A stretch of 13,960 bases of DNA from Acidobacteriota bacterium (GCA_036507075.1 DASXQR010000028.1:1-13960); one strand, 5' to 3'; counted from the first letter of the stretch, positions 5,649 to 13,834 are shown. A program made the numbers and translations. Notes: generated from the letters alone by a model not told the origin.

Positions 5649-6637
5649 TCCGGGAAGGCCGCTGCTGTTGCGCAGTTCATTGCGATGGTTGAACACATAG
5701 CTGGCGAACAACTTGCTGCGCTCGGTGATGTGGCGGTCGAAGCCGGCGACGGCAAGACCTTCTTTATGTTCAGCTATGAGGGGATCCGCGAGCGCACCCC
5801 GTTTCCCGTCTTTGCCACCGTTCCCACCGAGGAGCAGCGCCGCGGGGATTTAACAGGCGCGGAAGTCTTACCGGGCAGGGACATGTTAATGACGCCGGCG
5901 CCCGTGCGACCGTACTGTGCATCGTAAGAGCTGGTCTGGATTCTGAATTCCCCGATGGCATCCACCGTGGGCGCGGCGTTGTAGCGTCCGCGCACGCTGT
6001 TGGGTGCGCCGTCCAGCAGGAACTCGCTGGTTTGCGGCGCGCTGCCGTTGATCGACCAGTTGGAAGCACCCAGGTTATCAAACGGACGGGTGCCCGACGA
6101 CCCGGTCGCGCCGAAATCCTCCTGCGTATTGAAGACTCCTGCGGCGACATCGAGCATCATGAAAATATTCCGGCCGTTGAGCGGGTATTCGGTCGTTTTT
6201 CTGTGGTCGACAAGCTGCCCTGCGTTGGCCGAGTCGGAGTCCAGCAGCGGAGTTTCCGCCACGACGACAATCTGCTCGCTGATCTCCCCTACTTCCAGCT
6301 TCAGGTCAATGGTCACGCGATCGGCAATCTGCAGGACGATTCCCTCGCGGGTTGCCCGTTTGAAGCCGGGCAGCTCGGCCGAGATGCGGTACCTTCCCGG
6401 ATCGAGAAAAAGCACGCTGTAGTTGCCTTCATCATTGGTCAGGGTCTTCCTGGTCGTGCTGGTTTCCACATTGGCGACTTCAACGGTGGCTCCAGGGAGG
6501 TCTGCGCCCTGCTGGTCAGTGATTTTTCCAATCAGCGCCGCGCGAAATTCCTGGGCCGTAACCGGCAGGGGCATGAGGATAGAGATAACGCACGCCCACA
6601 CTAAAAACCTCGTTTTGAAAGCGCCGCCTCGCTTCAT
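5649..6637 (-). pseudogene. Truncated and internally scrambled TonB-dependent receptor (carboxypeptidase regulatory-like N-domain)
   Basis: 6637-5876 encodes signal, GxITDQQGA, L.PG.Y, PLNGRN and plug up to GVINMSL. 5751-5851 on the opposite strand encodes GKTFFMFSYEG...VPTEEQRRGD. 5741-5649 on minus encodes FDRHITERSKLFASY...GLPG. Most of the barrel is absent. Confidence 0.88.
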
Positions 6638-6736
6638 GGTTCATCCTCGCTGTTGGGGTTAGCGCAATTAAATTCCAGTTGTATTCCATGCGCAAGGCCG
6701 AAATTCGTCAGCTAATCGCGGCTTGACAAAAGACTT

Positions 6737-6766
6737 AACCGCGAAGACCGCCAAGAGCGCGAAGAG
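6737..6766 (+). repeat. 9-nt periodic repeat (CGCsAAG)
   Basis: AACCGCGAAG ACCGCCAAG AGCGCGAAG AG. Confidence 0.65.
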
Positions 6767-6771
6767 CGGGC

Positions 6772-6831
6772 GATCTGCACGCGGCGCTGCAGACGGCGGG
6801 CGAAAAGCCGCCGTATGTGCTGCTCGGGCAC
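6772..6831 (+). pseudogene. 20-codon internal scrap of an alpha/beta-hydrolase gene
   Basis: Reads DLHAALQTAGEKPPYVLLGH, matching the DLHxLLxxAGxxPPYVLVGHSxGG segment before the nucleophile elbow. Confidence 0.65.
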
Positions 6832-6999
6832 CTGATGCCAGGATTGTTCCTTAATTTAATTTAGAGCTGTTTGTAAAATAGGGATGGTTAAGGTCAAAGT
6901 TAGCAAACCCCATTGCACGAGCGGACGGTAGTTCAAAGATTTCGGGCCTTTCAAAATTTGGTGGGGCGAGAATTCATCTGAAAAACAGGAGGTCAACTT

Positions 7000-8109
7000 A
7001 TGAACGCTGTCTTTTCCCGTAGGAGAATGCTGCAGACGATGAGTGCGGCGGCGTTGGTTTCTTCGACGTCGTCCAGGTTTTCGGTGGCGGCCGAAGCGAA
7101 GGATTTTCGAATGCCGTCGGAGGGGAAGAACACGCCCAAGATTTGCCTGGGAGTACCGGCGAATACCGATGAGGCGGGGATGCGGCGGTTGAAGCAGATC
7201 GGGGTGGAGAATGTGCTGATGGGAGGGCCGAGGATTCCGTGGCAGGAAGCGGACCTCCGCGGCCTGATGGAGAGATTCAAGGCGGGCGGGTTGACCGTGT
7301 GCAACATGATGATATCCGGGTTTAATGATGTCATCTGGGGAAGGCCGGGGGCCGACACGCAGATTGAGGATGTCATTCAGTCGATCCGCGCCGCGGGGAA
7401 GGTGGGGTTGCCGGTCATCGAATACAACTTCTACGCGCATCGGCTCATCGAAGGCTATAAAGAAGAAACCGGCAGGGCCGGCGCCGGGTATACCGCGTAC
7501 GATTATGAATTGTCCAAAAATCTTCCTCCGCGCGAGGGTGTCGGGACCCACACGCGCGCCGAGCAACTCAAGCGCGCCGAGCATTTCCTGAAGGCGATCG
7601 TGCCGGAGGCCGAGAAGGCGAGGGTGCGCCTGGCGCTGCATCCGAACGATCCGCCGGTGCCGTTGAGCCGCGGGTCAGAGCAGATCATGGCGAGCGTTGA
7701 GCAGTGGAAGCAGTACCTGGACCTGGTCAAGAGCCCGTACAACGGCATGACTTTTGACTGCGGCGTGACACGGGAAATGGGTGAGGATCCGGTGGCGGTG
7801 TGCCGCTATCTGGGGGAAAGGGACTGCATCAATCACGTTCACTTTCGCAATGTGGTGGTGCGGAAGCCCTACGTGGATTACACGGAAGTGTTCCTGGACA
7901 ACGGGCAGGTGAATATGTTCGCGGTGATGAGAGAGCTGGTGCGGCAGAAGTATCCGCGGGCAATTTATCCGGAACACCCGCGGGCGATTGATCTGGACAG
8001 GCAGTGCGGGCCGATTCGGAATCAATATCCGGGTGGGGGCGGGTTCGCGGGGGAGATTTATAACCTGGGGTATGCGCGGGCGATGATGCAGGCGGCCTTG
8101 TCGGTCTGA
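7000..8109 (+). CDS. Mannonate dehydratase (UxuA)-family protein with Tat-like signal
   Basis: CAGGAGG RBS; SRRRML signal; motifs IEYNF, FLKAIVPEAEKARVRLALHPNDPP, SPYNGMTFDCG, INHVHFRNV, YPEH. Confidence 0.92.
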   Translation: MNAVFSRRRMLQTMSAAALVSSTSSRFSVAAEAKDFRMPSEGKNTPKICLGVPANTDEAGMRRLKQIGVENVLMGGPRIPWQEADLRGLMERFKAGGLTVCNMMISGFNDVIWGRPGADTQIEDVIQSIRAAGKVGLPVIEYNFYAHRLIEGYKEETGRAGAGYTAYDYELSKNLPPREGVGTHTRAEQLKRAEHFLKAIVPEAEKARVRLALHPNDPPVPLSRGSEQIMASVEQWKQYLDLVKSPYNGMTFDCGVTREMGEDPVAVCRYLGERDCINHVHFRNVVVRKPYVDYTEVFLDNGQVNMFAVMRELVRQKYPRAIYPEHPRAIDLDRQCGPIRNQYPGGGGFAGEIYNLGYARAMMQAALSV

Positions 8110-8130
8110 AAGGTGGTACGCGAGTCGATG

Positions 8131-8227
8131 GGGTGCTGATTCGCCGGATCTTTTTCATCGCAGAGACACCGAGAACGCAGAGTTTCGCAGAGGCTAGCGG
8201 AATCTAGGCCACGAATCACACGAATCC
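8131..8227 (+). repeat. ~65-bp dispersed element copy 2 (8131-8192) plus CACGAAT nonamers (8207-8227)
   Basis: GGGTGCTGATTCG...TTCATCGCAGAGACACCGAGAACGCAGAGTTTCGCAGAG; GGCCACGAATCACACGAAT. Confidence 0.8.
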
Positions 8228-8326
8228 AGGGCGAACATGAACCGAAGTTTTATTCGCAGGCGCTTAAATGTTATGTGAAAATGTGAGTTGTTTTTGATAT
8301 ATTTTAAAGTATAAAATGAGATTATT

Positions 8327-8668
8327 ATGAGTCGAATCCAGCCCTCACTGTCAAAATCAGAATCCGAGCTCGTCGATCAGGTTGCGAGGTTGACGCAGAC
8401 CAAGCGCACCGATGTCATTAAGAATGCTCTGGCAGTGTACCACTGGTTTGTTCGCCACATTGTCACGGGCGCCGAGGTTCTGGCCCGCAAACCGACCGGC
8501 GAAGAAGTGTCATTGGAAACACCAGAACTGGCCGTACTTGAAAGCAAGGGCAATAAGCTCGGTCCGGAAGAGCTCGGGCTGCTCGCAAAAAAACTGGCCG
8601 CCACCTCCAACCCGGCGGAGGCCGCGCGCCTGAGGGAGCGTTTGACTCGGGGATTTTACGGAATCTAG
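8327..8668 (+). CDS. Putative ribbon-helix-helix (CopG-like) protein, candidate antitoxin
   Basis: N-terminal strand SRIQPSLS then helices ESELVDQVARLT and KRTDVIKNAL; AT-rich promoter-like leader; 3 nt from the next gene. Confidence 0.75.
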   Translation: MSRIQPSLSKSESELVDQVARLTQTKRTDVIKNALAVYHWFVRHIVTGAEVLARKPTGEEVSLETPELAVLESKGNKLGPEELGLLAKKLAATSNPAEAARLRERLTRGFYGI

Positions 8669-8671
8669 TCC

Positions 8672-8917
8672 TTGCCGAAAATCCAACGCACCAATATTCC
8701 GCCTGGCGTCCTCCAGCACCTGTTGGATCGTATACAGGACCGCAGCATCGGTTCCGAGCAACTGAAACTCCTTGCACGCTGGCTGAACGGCGAGCCTGAA
8801 GTCCCCGCAGGCCAATGGTACAAGCGGTTCCCGGGAATGTTTGTCTGCAGCGACGGCGAGCTCATTAGGACTTTCCTTCTGCCCAGCCAGCATCCCAAGG
8901 GCAAACGCGTCATCTAA
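8672..8917 (+). CDS. Small hypothetical protein (81 aa), candidate toxin
   Basis: TTG start 3 nt after the upstream stop; HLLDRIxDRxI helix followed by WYKRF...VCSDGELIRTFL strands. Confidence 0.75.
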   Translation: MPKIQRTNIPPGVLQHLLDRIQDRSIGSEQLKLLARWLNGEPEVPAGQWYKRFPGMFVCSDGELIRTFLLPSQHPKGKRVI

Positions 8918-8932
8918 ACACGCCGTAGAGGA

Positions 8933-9025
8933 TGGGGTCAGGTCTTCATAATTCATTTTTTGGTGGATTTTGAATAGATGTCCGTTTCAGGCGAGGAAAA
9001 AATGAATTATGAAGACCTGACCCCA
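8933..9025. repeat. Perfect 29-bp inverted repeat, 35-bp spacer (REPIN/MITE-like)
   Basis: TGGGGTCAGGTCTTCATAATTCATTTTTT (8933-8961) and its exact reverse complement (8997-9025). Confidence 0.9.
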
Positions 9026-9145
9026 GGTTGTATGTGTCCGACCCGGCTCCTCGGGCAGCGCAGGAGCGCCTACCGGCGACCCGCTGGACACGGCCATCGA
9101 AGCCAGCAACAACAGAAGCCCGGTTACCAGGAGTGATTTCCGCAT
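9026..9145 (-). pseudogene. N-terminal stub of a secreted protein interrupted by the inverted-repeat element
   Basis: GGGAGG RBS, ATG 9145, signal-like MRKSLLVTGLLLLLASMAVSS; frame runs into the repeat and stops at 8987. Confidence 0.5.
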
Positions 9146-9221
9146 TTTGCCCTCCCTTTGCGCTTTCGACTGCGACCGCCAGCAGCCGCGTATTGCGGCC
9201 CTCCCCACAGCGCAAAGCACA

Positions 9222-9758
9222 TTATGAATACCTGGATAAAATCCTTTTGACGGTCGTTGAGTTTCGCAGTGTTGCCTGCATTCCAAGCGTCTTCTCGAGC
9301 GGGGGCGCAACAAACTTTGACTCCACCCGCTTACGGCGCAGCCAATAAACCTCGCGTCCATAGACATGCAAGTCGTCAATTGCTGTAGCGAATGCCAGTA
9401 ATTTCTTTTTCGATTCCTTCCCGGGTTTGTCTGGCAGGAAAGCGATATACAAAGTGTCGCCTTCCGCGTTCAATTCTGAGTCCGGAAAGGGTTTGTAGCG
9501 GGCGATCTCAGTCAATTCAGGTATCGACCGGATGAAAGTAGCCACCTGGTAACCGAACGTCTTCCGTAGATACGTTCCTATCTTCTTTTCGAGGCCATTT
9601 GTGCTTTTGGAAGTCGAATCAAATATGACATTGCCGCTTGCGATAAACGTCTCGACATTGGAGAACCCCATCGCCTCAAACAGGCGGCGGAGATGGCCCA
9701 TTTTCACCGTGTGGCCGCCGACATTTATGGCTCGCAGGAACGCAACATACTTAGGCAT
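9222..9758 (-). CDS. DUF1697 domain-containing protein
   Basis: MPKYVAFLRAINVGG...VKM..LR..FE.MGF.NV.TFIASGNVIF and C-terminal T.RN..TV signature. Confidence 0.93.
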   Translation of the reverse strand: MPKYVAFLRAINVGGHTVKMGHLRRLFEAMGFSNVETFIASGNVIFDSTSKSTNGLEKKIGTYLRKTFGYQVATFIRSIPELTEIARYKPFPDSELNAEGDTLYIAFLPDKPGKESKKKLLAFATAIDDLHVYGREVYWLRRKRVESKFVAPPLEKTLGMQATLRNSTTVKRILSRYS

Positions 9759-9778
9759 GGCATTGAGTGAAAACGCTT

Positions 9779-9969
9779 GCACGCGAAGCACAGAGCCACG
9801 TCCCGCAAGGGCGTGGCGCGCACCAGTACGGTCGGCTCCGACCCAGTCGGCGATCCTTTCTTAGAGCACGGCGACCGGTCCTGCCATAACGGGCCAGATC
9901 GTGGAGTGTAAACCGACTTGCATTGCTTCCGCCACGCCCTTGCGGGACGTGGCTCTGTGCTTCGCGTGC
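9779..9969. repeat. Perfect 40-bp inverted repeat, 111-bp spacer (REPIN-like)
   Basis: GCACGCGAAGCACAGAGCCACGTCCCGCAAGGGCGTGGCG (9779-9818) and exact reverse complement (9930-9969); each arm holds a GCCACG-T-CCC-GCAA-GGG-CGTGGC hairpin. Confidence 0.9.
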
Positions 9970-10266
9970 CGTAAACGATGTTATTGCAGTTCACCGACTT
10001 TTACGTTGTGCCGCCGACGGTGCAGTATGATATCGGACGCGGGGATTGTTTTCTTGCACGTTCTGCTCCGTTACGACGAGAATCCAGCGCCCGATGATGT
10101 CGGCTGCACTATCCAGTAGCCAGTCCACAACTTCGATCTAGGCTTTTGCCATGCTGCTTCTCTAGTGGGAAACAGAATCAGTGTCCGGGGAGGCGGATTT
10201 GCGGGGAGATCTATAATGTGGTTATACAGGGGTGCAGACGGTTTTGACGGTCTGAAGGGTTAAGAT

Positions 10267-10337
10267 CAAATCTGCGGGTGCCGGATCGGGAATTTTTTTT
10301 TACCGCAGAGGCGCCGAGCGCACGGAGTTTCGCGGAG
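10267..10337 (+). repeat. ~70-bp dispersed element, copy 3
   Basis: CAAATCTGCGGGTGCCGGATCG...TTTACCGCAGAGGCGCCGAGCGCACGGAGTTTCGCGGAG. Confidence 0.8.
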
Positions 10338-10410
10338 TCCAAAAAGCGGCTTTTGCCAAATTCCGAGCGTACGACAGATTCGACTGCATCATTCTTCCAG
10401 GAGGTATTCC

Positions 10411-13400
10411 ATGAACACCCGGACAATTCCTTTCCCAGTATTCGCGGTATTCGTGATTGCCGCATGCGCATTTGTGGCTGAACCGGTTTTTGCGCAAACT
10501 ACTTTTGCCACCATTACAGGAACAGTGAGCGATTCCTCGGGCGCGATTCTTCCCGGTGTCACGATCGCTGCGACACACGTGGGAACGAATCTTCAAACCG
10601 AGGCGATCTCCAACGATGCGGGGGTGTATACGCTCGCCCAACTGCGCGAAGGTGAATATACGCTGCGCGCGCGCCTGACCGGCTTCAAGGAGTTCGTCGC
10701 ACAGAACATCGTCCTGGCGGTGCGCGATAATCGGCGGCTGGACATACGTCTCGAAGTGGGGGCGATGGAAACCACCATTCAGGTCTCGGCCGGAGCAACG
10801 CTGATCGAGACGGAAACGGCGCGCATCAGCGACACAAAGACAGCTTACGAAATGAAGACCCTGCCGCTCAATACCCGCAGCATCTGGGCCCATCTTTCCG
10901 TTACTCCCACGATTGTGCAGCGCGCCGGAGGCAGCACCATATCATTTGCCGGCAGCCGCGGCAATCAGTCCCAATGGGCGATTGACGGAACAACCATGAG
11001 CGACGGCGTGGGCGAGACACAAATCGGCCCGCTGGCCAATTTCATCGAATCGTTTCAGGAACTGAAAATCGACATGGCCAATAACGGCGCCGAATTCGGA
11101 ACGCTGGGGCAGGTAACCATCGTTTCCAAATCCGGGAGCAACGCTTTTCACGGTTCCGCCTTCGATTATTACAGCAGCCCGTTTTTTCGAACGCGCAACC
11201 CTTTTGCCAGCGCGCGCGGCACCGGGGTGTCGCATAATTTAGGCTTCTCGGGCGGCGGCCCCCTCTACATTCCAAAGCTTTACAACGGCAAGGACCGCAC
11301 CTTCTGGTTTGTGTCTACGGAAACATTTACGGGAAGCCAGGCGACAGCTCAGCTCAATCCCAGCGTTCCACTGGAAAGCTGGCGCCGCGGCGATTTTTCC
11401 GCGCTCGGACTTCAGATACGGAATCCCTTCACAGGAGAGATTTACGCGGACGGGAGGATTCCTCCTGCTCTGATCAATCCCGTGTCGAAAAAAATCCAGG
11501 AGCGCTTCTACCCGCTGCCCAACTTTGGAGACCCTAACGTTTTTGCCAGCTCCAATTACCGGGCAACCTTGCCGAGACCGTTTGATACTCCCTATTACAT
11601 GGTAGGCCGGCTTGACCAGAAGTTAGGCGGCAAGGATTCAATCTTCGCCAGGTACACGGTGAATCAACAAAAGGTGGCATCCTGGGAAGGAAACTTGCCG
11701 TCATTTGGACCGCGCCAGCAATTTCGCCGCAATAAGGCGCTTACCCTGGTCCATTCCCATAGCGTCAATCCGAATCTTGTAAACGAGGCCCGCTTCGGCC
11801 ACACGTTTAACAACAACCCGCTGCAGGGACCTTTGAACGGATTGGAAGTGATCAAGGATCTCGGCATTCAAGGACTGGCGCCCAATCTCCCGGACATCGG
11901 AGGAGTATTCAAAGTCGGTTTCTCGGGAGTCGGCCTTACCGGCATTTCGCAGATTGACTGGACGCGTCCGGGATTCCTGAATAAGATCCGCCAATTCCAG
12001 GATCAGGTCAGCTACTTCCGCGGCCGGCATGGCCTGCGGATGGGTGTCGAGCTCCGCAAGGTTCGTTGGGACAGCGCGAGCGCCGGCGGAAGTCTGTTTG
12101 GAAATGTAACTTTCGCCAACACATACACGCGCGTGCCGGGCGTTGCCAGCAGCGGCCATCCCTATGCGGACTTCCTGTTTGGCGCTCCCACTTCAGCCTC
12201 GCGCAATTTCCCGCCGGTCCTGGTCGAGCGCAGCCGCTGGATGTATGAATTCTTCGTTCAGGACGACTGGAAAGTCACGTCCCGTCTGACCTTGAATCTG
12301 GGGTTGCGCTACGAATATCACCCGGTCTGGCAGGAAGACAACGGCATGACCGCTTATTTCGACATTAACAGCGGAAAGATCGCCGTCGATGACACTGGCA
12401 TTTCCAAAATCTCGCCTCTTGTGCCTGCCGGATATGTGGACATTGTGAAGGCCAGCAGCCTGGGGCTGCATCCTCGCACTATTGTTCGCGGCGACAAGAA
12501 CAACATCGGCCCACGGTTCGGTCTGGCCTATAAACCCTTCAGCAACAACAACACGGTGGTACGCGCCGGCTACGGCATCTATTACGACACCACTCCCATT
12601 AATCCTTCTCAGGGAGGAAGCCCGTTTGTAATCAACGAACCCGGTTTCAGCAATACAACTCCCACTCCGAGCCTGGTCCTGCCGCAGGCCTTTCCAGCCA
12701 CAGGCACCGGAGGACCTTCCACGATCGGTCTGCCGGCGGCCATCAATCCGGACCTGCAGATGCCCTACAGCCAGCAATGGAACCTCACTATTGAACACCA
12801 GCAGTGGGCCACCGGCTTCCGGGTTTCTTACATCGGGACGAATTCTCGGCAAATGCAATATAACTACAACATCAACTCGCCCGTGGTGGACGATCGCCTG
12901 TTTATCAATAAAACTCGACGTTTCCCTAAGTATCCGGGCATTAGTTATTTTGACAACGGCGCAAACCACAACTATCACGGATTAACGCTTGAAGCAGAGC
13001 GCAAGTTATCCGGAGGAATCTTTTTTCAATCCGGTTACACCTGGGCACGCGACATTGGCGATGCAACGGAAGGCGGCATCGAGAATCCGTTCGATCGGCG
13101 GCGGGAACGGGCGGTGGATCAGACGATTCCCACCCACCGGCTGACCAATGCGCTCATTTACCAGTTGCCGTTCGGAAAGGAGCGACGCTGGCTGGCGAGC
13201 GGGTCAAGGGCCGTGGACCTGGCCGTGGGCGGCTGGGAGGTATCGATGATTGCCTTCCATCAGACCGGCATGTTTCTGACACCCACGATCTCTGTGCCTG
13301 ACCCAACGGGCACTGCTTTTACCACAAGCGCGAATCGCCCTCTGGTCACAATCCGGCCCGACCAGTTGCGCGACCCAAACATCGAGAACCGGACCATAGA

Positions 13401-13734
13401 CCGCTGGTTTGATGTGCAGGCTTTCGCTGCACCTCCTGTCGGCCGATTCGGAAACGCGGCGCGGGGGGTAATCATCGGTCCGGGAACCAATGTGTTTCAC
13501 GTTGGTTTTCACAAGAACTTTACGTTCTCTGAAAACCCCAATGTTCCCCGCTTCAGAGTGGAACTGACCTCGACGAATATCTTTAACCACCCGAACTGGG
13601 GTAATCCCACGGTAAGCCTTTCGTCCACAGGCACGGTCGGAACCATCCGATCTGTGGGCGGGCCGAACACCGCATCGACCGGAGACAAAGCAGGCAATCG
13701 AGAGATGCGTCTGGGACTGCGTATGGAATGGTGA
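10411..13734 (+). CDS. TonB-dependent receptor with carboxypeptidase regulatory-like N-domain (Oar-like)
   Basis: CAGGAGG RBS; signal peptide; ITGTVSDSSGA, SKSGSNAFHG, FVQDDWKVTSRLTLNLGLRYE, GPRFGLAY, VVRAGYGIYY, NIFNHPN; terminal aromatic residue (LGLRMEW). Confidence 0.96.
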   Translation: MNTRTIPFPVFAVFVIAACAFVAEPVFAQTTFATITGTVSDSSGAILPGVTIAATHVGTNLQTEAISNDAGVYTLAQLREGEYTLRARLTGFKEFVAQNIVLAVRDNRRLDIRLEVGAMETTIQVSAGATLIETETARISDTKTAYEMKTLPLNTRSIWAHLSVTPTIVQRAGGSTISFAGSRGNQSQWAIDGTTMSDGVGETQIGPLANFIESFQELKIDMANNGAEFGTLGQVTIVSKSGSNAFHGSAFDYYSSPFFRTRNPFASARGTGVSHNLGFSGGGPLYIPKLYNGKDRTFWFVSTETFTGSQATAQLNPSVPLESWRRGDFSALGLQIRNPFTGEIYADGRIPPALINPVSKKIQERFYPLPNFGDPNVFASSNYRATLPRPFDTPYYMVGRLDQKLGGKDSIFARYTVNQQKVASWEGNLPSFGPRQQFRRNKALTLVHSHSVNPNLVNEARFGHTFNNNPLQGPLNGLEVIKDLGIQGLAPNLPDIGGVFKVGFSGVGLTGISQIDWTRPGFLNKIRQFQDQVSYFRGRHGLRMGVELRKVRWDSASAGGSLFGNVTFANTYTRVPGVASSGHPYADFLFGAPTSASRNFPPVLVERSRWMYEFFVQDDWKVTSRLTLNLGLRYEYHPVWQEDNGMTAYFDINSGKIAVDDTGISKISPLVPAGYVDIVKASSLGLHPRTIVRGDKNNIGPRFGLAYKPFSNNNTVVRAGYGIYYDTTPINPSQGGSPFVINEPGFSNTTPTPSLVLPQAFPATGTGGPSTIGLPAAINPDLQMPYSQQWNLTIEHQQWATGFRVSYIGTNSRQMQYNYNINSPVVDDRLFINKTRRFPKYPGISYFDNGANHNYHGLTLEAERKLSGGIFFQSGYTWARDIGDATEGGIENPFDRRRERAVDQTIPTHRLTNALIYQLPFGKERRWLASGSRAVDLAVGGWEVSMIAFHQTGMFLTPTISVPDPTGTAFTTSANRPLVTIRPDQLRDPNIENRTIDRWFDVQAFAAPPVGRFGNAARGVIIGPGTNVFHVGFHKNFTFSENPNVPRFRVELTSTNIFNHPNWGNPTVSLSSTGTVGTIRSVGGPNTASTGDKAGNREMRLGLRMEW

Positions 13735-13834
13735 TTGGGGATTGGCTGGTCGCTTAGTTAGCGTGATCTAGTTTCCGAGAAAAAGCCTTCACCACAGAGG
13801 CACAGTGCAGCATTGCCGCAACCAAAAAGCCATC

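Noticed and set aside
5685..5927. 80-aa plus-strand ORF as an independent gene
   Set aside because: It is a chimera around the inverted TonB receptor fragment.
8254..8281. Chromosomal dif site
   Set aside because: TTATGTGAAAA resembles a XerD arm, but the XerC-side arm lacks the conserved TAA.
9991..10152. Possible minus-strand relic MAKA*IEVVDWLLDS... resembling the N-terminus of prenyltransferase/cyclase-like hypothetical proteins
   Set aside because: Only about 8 residues of resemblance with an early stop; not supportable without a search.
6856..13697. Long antisense or alternate-frame ORFs over the UxuA-family and TonB receptor genes (e.g. 6856..7641, 12193..12978)
   Set aside because: Typical GC-rich shadow ORFs with no recognisable motifs.
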